64,000 nucleotides of DNA, from positions 16,161 through 80,160 of the forward strand of contig CABMGE010000027.1 in assembly GCA_902385625.1 (NCBI GenBank), read 5' to 3'. Under the pieces are notes generated by a model. That model was not told where the DNA came from. It saw only the letters and a program-made list of their open reading frames with translations, and ran no database searches. Positions 18,703 through 27,738 of this stretch are shown here, piece after piece (positions within the stretch are counted from its first letter, which is position 1; each line of letters starts with the position of its first letter). A program made the position numbers and the translations under genes. The stretch is from an uncultured archaeon. GTDB taxonomy: Archaea > Nanobdellota > Nanobdellia > Pacearchaeales > GW2011-AR1.

Positions 18703-18954
18703 TTAAGCGACTTTATACACCTTATATCCCTTGTTAGCTTTTTCACTTATCTTAATTCCAACACCATCTCCTTTTTTTGCAGAGTCTACATTTTTTCCAT
18801 TAATCTGAATACTATCAACAACCTGGGTAAAGTCTTTGTCTCCTCCAACAATTCGTATAGTGTCTCCAAGTTTTAAATTACCTTCTAGTTTAAGTGCAAC
18901 TACTCGGGCATTTTCAAAAAAATTAAAAACTTCTCCAATTAATTTTCCTTCCAC
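18703..18954 (-). CDS. Small EF-Tu domain-II-like beta-barrel protein
   Basis: IGEVFNFF..ARVVA, LKLGDTIRI, VDSIQI, AKKGDGVGIK; GTG start with GGGGAG Shine-Dalgarno. Confidence 0.75.
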   Translation of the reverse strand: MEGKLIGEVFNFFENARVVALKLEGNLKLGDTIRIVGGDKDFTQVVDSIQINGKNVDSAKKGDGVGIKISEKANKGYKVYKVA

Positions 18955-19133
18955 TTTAAAACTCCCGGGATTTTTGAATTTAAACTCCCTTTATTTAATA
19001 AAACCAAGGAAATATTTAAAGTTTTGTAATTTTTTAAAAACATTTTAAAAATTGCCTAAATTTTATATTCGAGATTTTTAGAAATAATTAAAAAAACAAA
19101 AAGGTTTTTATATTGATTTTTTATTACTTAACT

Positions 19134-20585
19134 ATGAAACTAAAATTTAATAATAATATTCTAATCCTTGGATATGGATCTGTCTCAAGATGCACTCTTC
19201 CAATTCTATTAGATCACATAGATGTAGCTCGGGAAAAAGTTACAGTTATTGATTTTGAGGATAAATCTGAGGAAATAAAACCATTTACAAAAACAGGAAT
19301 AAAATTTGTAAAAGAAAAAATAACTCCTGGAAATTTAAAATCAGTTTTAGACAAATATGCAGGAAAGAATGCATTAATAATTGATCTTGCATGGAATATA
19401 GGTGCAATGGATATTTTAACCTGGTGTCATAATAACAATACAATTTATGTAAATACTTCAGTGGAGCTATGGGATCCATACAAACAAGAAGATATTTTTG
19501 AAAAAACACTATATTGGAGACAGATGCAAATAAAAGAATTAAAGGAAAAATGGGGAGATAATTCAGTTACAGCAATCCTAGATCATGGAGCAAATCCAGG
19601 ACTTATTTCACACTTTATAAAAAAAGGACTATTAGATATCACAGACAGGGCAATCAAAGATAAAAAATTCTCTGAGACAAAAATAAAAGAACTAATGAAA
19701 CATAAAGAAAACAAGGATTTTCCAAATCTTGCAAGAGTTCTTGGAGTAAAAGTAATACATTGCAGTGAAAGAGATACTCAGGTTACAAATAAACCAAAAG
19801 AAATAAATGAATTTGTAAATACCTGGAGTATTGAAGGATTTAGAGAAGAAGGAATAGCCCCTGCTGAAATGGGATGGGGAACACATGAAAAAAAACACCC
19901 TCCTCTAGCATACCAAGCACCATATGGTCCAAGAAATCAAATATTCCTTGCACAAATGGGAATGAATACTCGTGTAAAATCTTATGTGCCTGAAATCGGA
20001 CCAATTGAAGGAATGGTTGTAAGACATGGAGAAGCATTTGGAATCTCAGACAGACTAACAGTATATGATAAAGATGGACATCCAATTTACAGGCCAACAG
20101 TTCACTATGCATATATGCCATGTCATGAAGCTCTTGCTTCACTCGATGAACTTCGAGCAAGAAATTATGTTCTTCAGCCAAAACTCAGAATAATGGGAAA
20201 TGAAATAACTTCAGGAAAAGATATCTTAGGTGCTCTTATAATGGGTCACCCTTATAACTCCTGGTGGACAGGAAGTATTTTAAGTATTGAAGAATCAAGA
20301 AAATTATCTCCAGGTCAAAATGCAACAACAGTTCAAGTTGCAGCAGGAGTTGTTTCAGCTGTAAAATATATGATTGAAAATCCAAATAAAGGAATTTTAA
20401 TTCCAGATGATATTCCACATGATTATATATTGAGTATTGCAAAACCATATCTTGGAGAGCTTCACTCAAAACCATATGATTGGACCCCTCTAAAAAGCAG
20501 ACCAATATTTTTCAAGGAAAATCCAGAACATTTAATTCTAGATAAAGATCCATGGCAATTTGAAAATTTTAGGCCTCTGCCATAA
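19134..20585 (+). CDS. hss: Homospermidine synthase
   Basis: LGYGSV, HGANPGLISHF, IHCSERDTQ, EFVNTWSIEGF, VRHGEA, YRPTVHYAY and NATTVQVAA motifs. Confidence 0.92.
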   Translation: MKLKFNNNILILGYGSVSRCTLPILLDHIDVAREKVTVIDFEDKSEEIKPFTKTGIKFVKEKITPGNLKSVLDKYAGKNALIIDLAWNIGAMDILTWCHNNNTIYVNTSVELWDPYKQEDIFEKTLYWRQMQIKELKEKWGDNSVTAILDHGANPGLISHFIKKGLLDITDRAIKDKKFSETKIKELMKHKENKDFPNLARVLGVKVIHCSERDTQVTNKPKEINEFVNTWSIEGFREEGIAPAEMGWGTHEKKHPPLAYQAPYGPRNQIFLAQMGMNTRVKSYVPEIGPIEGMVVRHGEAFGISDRLTVYDKDGHPIYRPTVHYAYMPCHEALASLDELRARNYVLQPKLRIMGNEITSGKDILGALIMGHPYNSWWTGSILSIEESRKLSPGQNATTVQVAAGVVSAVKYMIENPNKGILIPDDIPHDYILSIAKPYLGELHSKPYDWTPLKSRPIFFKENPEHLILDKDPWQFENFRPLP

Positions 20586-20627
20586 AAATAGCTTATACAA
20601 CTTTATTATTTTGATTCAGAATTAAAA

Positions 20628-21761
20628 CTATTCTACCTCTGTAATTCTTGAAAGTTTGTAAGCTGTTACAAATCCACTTATTTTAGGATTTGATTCATCA
20701 ATTACATATTCTGGAAGACTCATTAATCTTTGGAGCTTTCTTATATTTCCTTCTTCGCTTACAGCTGCAATTCCTTCACCAATAATTCTTTTTGCAGCAT
20801 CATTATCATACAAGCTTCCATTTTCGTAGTTTGCAACAATTTCAAGATGTGCAAGTTTTCCTGGTGTTGTCAACCACTGGCCCATTTTATTTGCAAGATA
20901 TACTTTCCCTTTTCCTTTTGTTTTTTTATCAAGTTCTATTGCGCTACGATAAGAAGGATATTTTTCTTTTTCAAACTCTGCTACTGCTTTTTCAATAGTT
21001 TTTGTAGCATCGGCTGTATCAATTACTGCTTCTTGTTTTTTGACATAAGGATCAACCTTTCCTGCTTCTATAAATTTTTGATTATTTTCTCCAAAATGTT
21101 CATATGCAAGTCTTGATACTGTTTCTCTATCGGTTAGAACTGCAAGTTTATCAAGTGCAGCATTAAGAAAATCATCATGATACTCAAGGAGATCTTCTAA
21201 GTCTTCGCCAAAATATTTCATTGTTCCTTCTACAATCTGATTTGGATCTATTAAATCCCTAAATTTATCAACAAGAGGAAAATAATGCTCTACCATTTCA
21301 CTATCAATATCATGAGGGCAAAATACCAGGCTATATCCGCTGTTTACAAGATCAGTTGCACTTTTCTTTATTTCAGGAACATCTAGAAATCTTCTAAGAG
21401 CACTGGATATTGACTCCATTCCTAAAATGTTTAGCGGCTCAATTTGTGCATATGCTTCCATCATTACCTGTGTTCCTGAATGAAGGGCATCAAGAAGATC
21501 AGACATAAGTTCTGTATTCTGTGTTTTTCTAAAATATGCTGTAAGATTTTCCTGGCTTAAGAAAGCGCAAATATGAGTTGAATCAATCCCGCAACCAGAT
21601 TCTTCACCGGTCATATTAACTATTGCAGAATAAATAACAGCTTCACTTATTTTGTCTTCTGTTTTTCCCGAGTCAAAACCTTCTGTTTTTGCAAGTTTTA
21701 TTACTCCAAGCGGCTTTCCGCTTTTTACAAGTAATTCAAGTGCAAGAGTTTTTTGTTCCAT
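20628..21761 (-). CDS. Hypothetical helical protein
   Basis: 377-aa ORF, no recognised motif. Confidence 0.7.
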   Translation of the reverse strand: MEQKTLALELLVKSGKPLGVIKLAKTEGFDSGKTEDKISEAVIYSAIVNMTGEESGCGIDSTHICAFLSQENLTAYFRKTQNTELMSDLLDALHSGTQVMMEAYAQIEPLNILGMESISSALRRFLDVPEIKKSATDLVNSGYSLVFCPHDIDSEMVEHYFPLVDKFRDLIDPNQIVEGTMKYFGEDLEDLLEYHDDFLNAALDKLAVLTDRETVSRLAYEHFGENNQKFIEAGKVDPYVKKQEAVIDTADATKTIEKAVAEFEKEKYPSYRSAIELDKKTKGKGKVYLANKMGQWLTTPGKLAHLEIVANYENGSLYDNDAAKRIIGEGIAAVSEEGNIRKLQRLMSLPEYVIDESNPKISGFVTAYKLSRITEVE

Positions 21762-21891
21762 AATATTTTTTTAGATGAAAAAAGGGTTTTTAATATTTTC
21801 TATCATCTAGAATATGGAATATAAGTCATTTTGTTGCAATCTAAATATCTAGCCATTTTTAATAGAAAGTAAAAAAGCCTTTAGATAGTAC

Positions 21892-22086
21892 TTATATTTT
21901 CTTTCCCGCAAATCTCTTTTTCATGGCAGTAGTAGGAAAAAGCTTTGCATATAAACTTCCCTGCCACTTAAAGAATTTATCAATGCAACTCTGGCATATG
22001 TCTGCAGAACAAGATTCATCAATTACAAAATGATTAAAATTAGCATCATACTTTTCAATTGGTTTTTTACATAAAGTGCAATCCAT
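21892..22086 (-). CDS. Small zinc-finger protein
   Basis: CTLC and CQSC motifs. Confidence 0.7.
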   Translation of the reverse strand: MDCTLCKKPIEKYDANFNHFVIDESCSADICQSCIDKFFKWQGSLYAKLFPTTAMKKRFAGKKI

Positions 22087-22100
22087 TGGATATTCTAAAA

Positions 22101-22379
22101 TTAGTATTTCCTCTTTTTATTTTTTCTGCAAAAAAATCCATAAATCCAACCGATTAATATACCTGCGATTATTAAAACATAAAACATAGGAGAATAAAAG
22201 ACAGCACTGAATAAATTTCCAGTATAGCATGCAACACCCTTTCTAGCAACAGGATCATAACAATCAGCAATTGAATTAAAGCTTAAACGATTAAAGTGAT
22301 AGATGACATGTAAAGTAAAAGAAATAATAAAACCTGCAATTCCACCCTTGAACCAATAAGACAATTTTTTCCACCACAT
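22101..22379 (-). CDS. Small two-TM membrane protein
   Basis: KLSYWFKGGIAG, two hydrophobic segments, GILIGWIYG. Confidence 0.7.
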   Translation of the reverse strand: MWWKKLSYWFKGGIAGFIISFTLHVIYHFNRLSFNSIADCYDPVARKGVACYTGNLFSAVFYSPMFYVLIIAGILIGWIYGFFCRKNKKRKY

Positions 22380-22429
22380 TTTCCAGTATTTTTAATTAAT
22401 AACTATATATAAATCTTCTTAAGAAAAAA

Positions 22430-22502
22430 TAGCCCCGCCAGGATTCGAACCTGGGTCACAAGGTTCAGAACCTCGTATACTTGACCACTGTACTACGGGG
22501 CT
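22430..22502 (-). tRNA. tRNA-Gln(CTG)
   Basis: Reverse complement AGCCCCG...CGAGG-TTCTGAA-CCTTG...CCAGGTTCGAATCCTGG-CGGGGCTA; A1-U72 pair typical of archaeal tRNA-Gln. Confidence 0.95.
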
Positions 22503-22615
22503 AATAAAGTTTACCGCCTGTACTTTTTATAAAGAAAAACCTCACTCTTTTAAATATTTGCTTATGTTTCTCAGCTCCAATAATCTTTTTAAACCTGAAA
22601 AATAAAAACATACAT

Positions 22616-23482
22616 ATGAATATAGGAATGATAGGAGTGGGATTTGTCGGAGGAGCAACAGCAGAAGTTCTAAAACCATTCCATAACTTGTATTTATATG
22701 ACAAGTATAAATCTCCTTATAATAAAGAAGAAAATTTAGAAAACATTGCAAAATATTCTGAAAGTGTTTTTATTTGCGTTCCAACACCAATGCAAAAAAG
22801 CGGGGCAATTGATTATACAAATATACATAACTCGGTAAATGAGTTAAATAATAAAGTAAATAACTTAAAAAGAAACCCAAAAGATTTACTGATAATAATC
22901 AGATCAACAGCGGTTTCAGGAACAACAGACGAGCTTGCAGAAAAATATGCATTTAGATTTGCATTTAATCCTGAATTTTTAAGGGAAAAAAATGCACTTG
23001 AAGATATGAAAAATACAGATAGAATTGTAATCGGTGCAAATACTAATGAAGATAGGGAAAAAGCAGCATCAATTTACAGGCCAGTTTTTCCAAATGCAAA
23101 GTATGTTCTTACAGATAGAAAAGAAGCAGAAATGATAAAATACATGGCAAATATAATGTTGGCAGGACAAATTGCACTTGCAAATGAATTCTATCAAATA
23201 TGCAATGTTCTTGGAATTGATTATAATGAAGTAAAAGATGCTGTACTGCTTGATAAAAGAATTGGAAGAAACTTGGATGTTCCAGGTCCTGATGGGGATT
23301 TGGGTTTTGGGGGAAAATGTTTTCCAAAAGATCTTAATGCAGCAATACATCTTGCAAGACAAAACATGTACAGGCCATATTTACTTGAGGAAATATGGAG
23401 ACTAAATGAAAAAGTAAGGAAAAATCAGGATTGGCTTAGTATTGAAGGAGCGACTTCTGAAAAAAATTTTAAGGAAAAGTAA
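22616..23482 (+). CDS. UDP-glucose/GDP-mannose dehydrogenase family protein (short form)
   Basis: GVGFVG, CVPTP, IRST, NPEFLRE, AEMIKY and GFGGKCFPKD motifs. Confidence 0.9.
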   Translation: MNIGMIGVGFVGGATAEVLKPFHNLYLYDKYKSPYNKEENLENIAKYSESVFICVPTPMQKSGAIDYTNIHNSVNELNNKVNNLKRNPKDLLIIIRSTAVSGTTDELAEKYAFRFAFNPEFLREKNALEDMKNTDRIVIGANTNEDREKAASIYRPVFPNAKYVLTDRKEAEMIKYMANIMLAGQIALANEFYQICNVLGIDYNEVKDAVLLDKRIGRNLDVPGPDGDLGFGGKCFPKDLNAAIHLARQNMYRPYLLEEIWRLNEKVRKNQDWLSIEGATSEKNFKEK

Positions 23483-23644
23483 AATTAATATTCTTTTATA
23501 ATAAAATAGTTTTTTAAAGTAAATTTTAGGTTACATTCCCACTGACTAAATTAAAAAACATAGCTAAAACATTAAAATTCATATTAAATAAGATAGTACT
23601 TTGTCTTCCAAAAATAATGAATTTTGACCAAAATAACAATTAAT

Positions 23645-23656
23645 AAGGTTTATAAA
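23645..23656 (+). promoter_or_regulatory. BRE-TATA promoter of eL41 gene (probably leaderless)
   Basis: AAGGTTTATAAA ending 21 bp before the ATG at 23678. Confidence 0.6.
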
Positions 23657-23677
23657 CCAATTTTTTCTTCTATTCCT

Positions 23678-23788
23678 ATGAAAAGATCAAGCCGTAGATG
23701 GAAGAAGAAGAATCAGATGCGTTGGAAATGGCAAAGAAAAAGACTTAGACGTGTCATGAGAAAGAGAAAACAAAGAAAATCATTCTAA
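23678..23788 (+). CDS. rpl41e: Ribosomal protein eL41 (eS32), 36 aa (absent from ORF track)
   Basis: MKRSSRRWKKKNQMRWKWQRKRLRRVMRKRKQRKSF resembles archaeal L41e (MRWKW.KKR.RR). Confidence 0.88.
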   Translation: MKRSSRRWKKKNQMRWKWQRKRLRRVMRKRKQRKSF

Positions 23789-23930
23789 TCATATTTTTAG
23801 TTCTAAAGGCATTAAAGATCTTGAATTTTGGAGTTGTATAACTGTTAAAAACCAATAACACCGTTACCTTATCAATCCCCAACAATAATATTTATAAAAC
23901 AACTTTCATATGAGTTTCTATCTAAAAAAG

Positions 23931-24902
23931 ATGGAAGACTCAACAACGATTTGGACAGAAAAATATAGGCCTAAAAAATTTGACGAAGTTGTAGGCCAGA
24001 ACGAAATCGTAAAAAGAGTCCAAAATTTAGCCAAATCAATGAATATTCCACATATGCTTTTTGCAGGTCCTGCAGGAACAGGTAAATCTACTCTTGCTTT
24101 AATTGTTGTAAAGGAATTATTTGGAGTGCATTGGAAAGAAAACTATCTTGAATTAAATGCTTCTGATGAAAGAGGAATAGATGTAGTAAGGCAAAAAGTA
24201 AAAGATTTTGCAAGAACAAAGGCAATAGGAAATGTTCCATTTAAGGTTATTTTTTTAGATGAAGCAGATGCACTGACAAAAGAAGCTCAGCAGGCGCTTA
24301 GAAGAACAATGGAAAATTTTACAAGCACATGTAGGTTTGTAATGTCCTGCAACTATTCTTCTAAAATAATTGATCCAATCCAGTCAAGGTGCGTTGTCTT
24401 CAGATTCAAGCTCCTTGAAAAAAAAGAAATAGAAAAAAGGATAAGAGTAATTATTGAAAAAGAGAAATTGCAAGCCGATGATAAAACTATAGAAAAATTA
24501 TATGAAGTAAGTGAAGGAGATTGCAGGCGTGTAATTAACCTTTTGCAAGCATCAGCATCAATATCTCAAAATATAACTCCAGAACTTGTAAGTACACTTA
24601 TTTCAGGAGCAGAGCCTGCAGAAATAAAAATAGTTCTTGAATATTCTCTAAGCGGAGATTTTTTAAAAGCCAAGGAAAAACTGCTTGATGTAATGCTAAA
24701 AGAATCTGTCTCAGGAACAGATGTTATAAAATCCATTCAAAAAGAAATATGGAATCTTCAAATAGATGATGAATTAAAAGTTCGTCTTACAGAAAAAACA
24801 GGAGAAGTTGAATTTAGAATGGTAGAGGGAAGTGATGAGTTTATTCAACTAGAGGCACTTCTTGCAAGTTTTGTGCTTGCTGGAAGAGGCGTTATTAAAT
24901 AA
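23931..24902 (+). CDS. rfcS: Replication factor C small subunit
   Basis: WTEKYRP, GPAGTGKS, LELNASDERGIDVVR, LDEAD, AQQALRRTME, IQSRC; alternative start at 23910. Confidence 0.97.
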   Translation: MEDSTTIWTEKYRPKKFDEVVGQNEIVKRVQNLAKSMNIPHMLFAGPAGTGKSTLALIVVKELFGVHWKENYLELNASDERGIDVVRQKVKDFARTKAIGNVPFKVIFLDEADALTKEAQQALRRTMENFTSTCRFVMSCNYSSKIIDPIQSRCVVFRFKLLEKKEIEKRIRVIIEKEKLQADDKTIEKLYEVSEGDCRRVINLLQASASISQNITPELVSTLISGAEPAEIKIVLEYSLSGDFLKAKEKLLDVMLKESVSGTDVIKSIQKEIWNLQIDDELKVRLTEKTGEVEFRMVEGSDEFIQLEALLASFVLAGRGVIK

Positions 24903-24920
24903 ATAATTTTAGGTAATAAA

Positions 24921-25286
24921 ATGATTGCAGATCTAACTGAAAAGTATTTGAAAGAATTGTTTTTCGAAGATTTAGATTTTTTTAATCAGGCAATAAAATA
25001 TGAACCAAGTCCAGTAATTCCAGAAGTTAAAGATCTACCAGGTTTAAAAATTAGGGATTACACAAGGGAGTATTCAATTGTTACAGAAAGAAAAGACAAA
25101 ACAAATTTTGGAGAGCCTACAAAACCCTACTATATTACAACAATATGGGATTTGGAAAAGCAAATACAAGCACATGAAGGCAAAGAAATAGACACAGTAT
25201 TTGCACATGCAAAAACAGATTCTTTCAAAGAGGCAATGCAAAAGCACTACTCTTCACTTCAACACCTAAATAACTCAGGATATTAA
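24921..25286 (+). CDS. Hypothetical protein
   Basis: 121-aa ORF between rfcS and rfcL, AGGT Shine-Dalgarno-like sequence upstream. Confidence 0.65.
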   Translation: MIADLTEKYLKELFFEDLDFFNQAIKYEPSPVIPEVKDLPGLKIRDYTREYSIVTERKDKTNFGEPTKPYYITTIWDLEKQIQAHEGKEIDTVFAHAKTDSFKEAMQKHYSSLQHLNNSGY

Positions 25287-25297
25287 AAAACCAAAAA

Positions 25298-25708
25298 ATG
25301 AAACTATTTATTGCATGCTCAAAGCATTTCTATACAAGAATTCCAGAAATAAAAGAAGAACTAGAAAGATATGGACATAGAGTTTCTCTTCCAAATAGTT
25401 ATGATGCTCCAATGAAAGAAGAAGAGATGAAAAAAAATGGGCTTGAAGCACATATAGAATGGAAAGCAGAAATGTTAAGACGTGATAAACAAAACATATT
25501 TCCAAATGATGGAATACTTGTTTTAAATTTTCAAAAAAATGGGCAACAAAATTATATCGGAGGAGCAACATTTCTTGAAATATATAAAGCATGGGAAATG
25601 AACAAAAAATTATTTTTATATAATCCAATACCTGATAGTATATTCAAGGATGAATTAACTGGAATGAATCCGCAAATATTAAATGGAGACTTAACAAAAT
25701 TAAAATGA
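25298..25708 (+). CDS. Nucleoside 2-deoxyribosyltransferase-like (NDT fold) protein
   Basis: MKLFIACS, DGILVLN, YIGGATFLEIYKAW, KKLFLYNPIP pattern. Confidence 0.6.
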   Translation: MKLFIACSKHFYTRIPEIKEELERYGHRVSLPNSYDAPMKEEEMKKNGLEAHIEWKAEMLRRDKQNIFPNDGILVLNFQKNGQQNYIGGATFLEIYKAWEMNKKLFLYNPIPDSIFKDELTGMNPQILNGDLTKLK

Positions 25709-25811
25709 TAAATTCAATAAAAAATATAAGATCGATAGATGAATTTATTTCAGATATTGGTCACAAATTGTGCTTTAGCACAAATAATGCAGGAGCATTA
25801 CTCTAAATAAA

Positions 25812-27032
25812 ATGACATTACCTTTAATTGAAAAATATAGAGCAAGCAAGTTCTCTGAAATAAAAGGCCAGGATATGGCAATACATGAAATAAAGACATT
25901 TTTCAATGGTTTCCCAAAAAAAAGAGCCTTAATTCTTAATGGCCCTGTTGGAACAGGAAAGACTTCAATGACAATTGCCCTTGCAAATGAATACAATCTA
26001 GAGTTATTTGAACTAAATGCAAGTGATCTAAGAAATAGATCAAAACTTGAAGAAGTACTAAAACCAGCTTCAACCCAGCAATCACTTTTTAAAAAAGGAA
26101 AAATAATACTCATGGATGAAGCAGATGGAATAACTGCCTCAGACAATGGAGGACTTCCAGAACTTCTGGTTTTAATAAGCAAATCAGGTTTCCCAATAAT
26201 AATCACTGCAAATGATATATGGCAAAGAAAATTTTCATTGCTAAGACAAAAATGTCAGATTGTTAATTTAAAAGAATTAAAAGAACCAACTCTTGTTGAA
26301 ATAATAAATGAAATATTAAAAAAAGAAAATAAACATCTGAAAAAAGAAACAGTAAATTTAATTGTAAAAAATGCCAAGGGAGATGTTAGGTCAGCATTAA
26401 ACGATCTTCAAACAGCAATAAGCCTTGGAGAAGATACGCTTTTATCAGAGCTGTCAGAAAGGGAAAAACAAGTAACAATCTTTGAAACCTTAAAGAAACT
26501 ATTCCAAAGTCCGTTTAGTTCTGATACATTAGAAATATTTGATAATACCAGTATGGAACTTGATGAAATTGCACTATGGATTGAGGAAAATATTCCTGCA
26601 GAATATGAAGGAAAAGCACTTGCAAAAGCCTATGAGTCTTTAAGTAAATCAGATATATTTAAAGGAAGAATTTACAGGCAGCAATATTGGAGATTTTTAG
26701 TATACCAAAATTTTTTCCTTTCATTTGGAGTTTCATCTGCTTCAAAAGTAAAGTCGCAAAAATTCACCCAATACAGACCACCTTCAAGAATACTAAAAAT
26801 ATGGCTTGCAAATCAAAAAAATGCAAAAAAGAAATCTATTGTATCAAAGTATGCGCAAATGTCCCACATGTCAAAGAAAAAAGCAATGAAAGAGAGTTAT
26901 TTCCTTCCATTTATAATTGACAAAAAAACAGAGGACAAATTAGATCTTGATGAAAAAGAAAGGGAATATCTACAAGATAAAAGAGGAGCAATAATTGTAT
27001 CATCAGGACTAAACAAATTTAGAATTAATTAA
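25812..27032 (+). CDS. rfcL: Replication factor C large subunit
   Basis: EKYRA, GPVGTGKT, ELNASDLR, MDEADG, GDVRSALNDLQ, WIEENIP motifs. Confidence 0.95.
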   Translation: MTLPLIEKYRASKFSEIKGQDMAIHEIKTFFNGFPKKRALILNGPVGTGKTSMTIALANEYNLELFELNASDLRNRSKLEEVLKPASTQQSLFKKGKIILMDEADGITASDNGGLPELLVLISKSGFPIIITANDIWQRKFSLLRQKCQIVNLKELKEPTLVEIINEILKKENKHLKKETVNLIVKNAKGDVRSALNDLQTAISLGEDTLLSELSEREKQVTIFETLKKLFQSPFSSDTLEIFDNTSMELDEIALWIEENIPAEYEGKALAKAYESLSKSDIFKGRIYRQQYWRFLVYQNFFLSFGVSSASKVKSQKFTQYRPPSRILKIWLANQKNAKKKSIVSKYAQMSHMSKKKAMKESYFLPFIIDKKTEDKLDLDEKEREYLQDKRGAIIVSSGLNKFRIN

Positions 27033-27132
27033 AAAATAATCTAATTTCAGAAAAATTAATTATCTTTCAGAGTCATTTAAACACTGTTTTCTATAAACAA
27101 AAGCTTATAAATTAATAATTCCAGATTAAAAA

Positions 27133-27708
27133 ATGGAAGACAATTGGAGAACAATTTTAAGACCAGGATATTTTGGAAAAAAGCGAGAAGAAATCTGTGA
27201 ACAGTTTAACAAAGAATATGGAAAAAATAACTGGAGACTTATGTGGGAATTTGGAGGAACAGTAGTTCCATTTTATAATCCCCCTGAAATAAGTGCTTGT
27301 GATTATTATGAAGACGGTTATTTTATGGATTCATTCAAAAGACAAGACTTATGGCAGGAATTATGTAAAACTGCAAAAGAGGTATATGATCATGAAGAGT
27401 CAAACATAAATGCAGGTTTAGATTATAACAATCAAGAGCCAAAAAAACCAGTTCATCTCCAGGACATAACAATAAGAAGAGTTGTAAAAAAACGCGGATG
27501 GAGTTTCTCAGGAAACAATCTAATACAAATAAGAAGTCATAGCGACAAATGGGGAAAACTTTTAAGTCCTGGAAGAGTTCCTTTTCACATTCCAGAAATA
27601 GTTTACCAAGGAGAAATACAGAACATTTCAAGCGGAAGAATCTGGTATGACCAAAATTCAATCGAATGGGCTTATCAACAAGCAAAAATACTTCAAATCA
27701 AAGACTAA
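27133..27708 (+). CDS. Hypothetical protein
   Basis: 191-aa ORF with RPGYFG, YYEDGY, HLQDITIRR, LSPGRVPFH; no family recognised. Confidence 0.7.
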   Translation: MEDNWRTILRPGYFGKKREEICEQFNKEYGKNNWRLMWEFGGTVVPFYNPPEISACDYYEDGYFMDSFKRQDLWQELCKTAKEVYDHEESNINAGLDYNNQEPKKPVHLQDITIRRVVKKRGWSFSGNNLIQIRSHSDKWGKLLSPGRVPFHIPEIVYQGEIQNISSGRIWYDQNSIEWAYQQAKILQIKD

Positions 27709-27738
27709 TTTATTATTTAATAAAAAAGTATAAACTAA

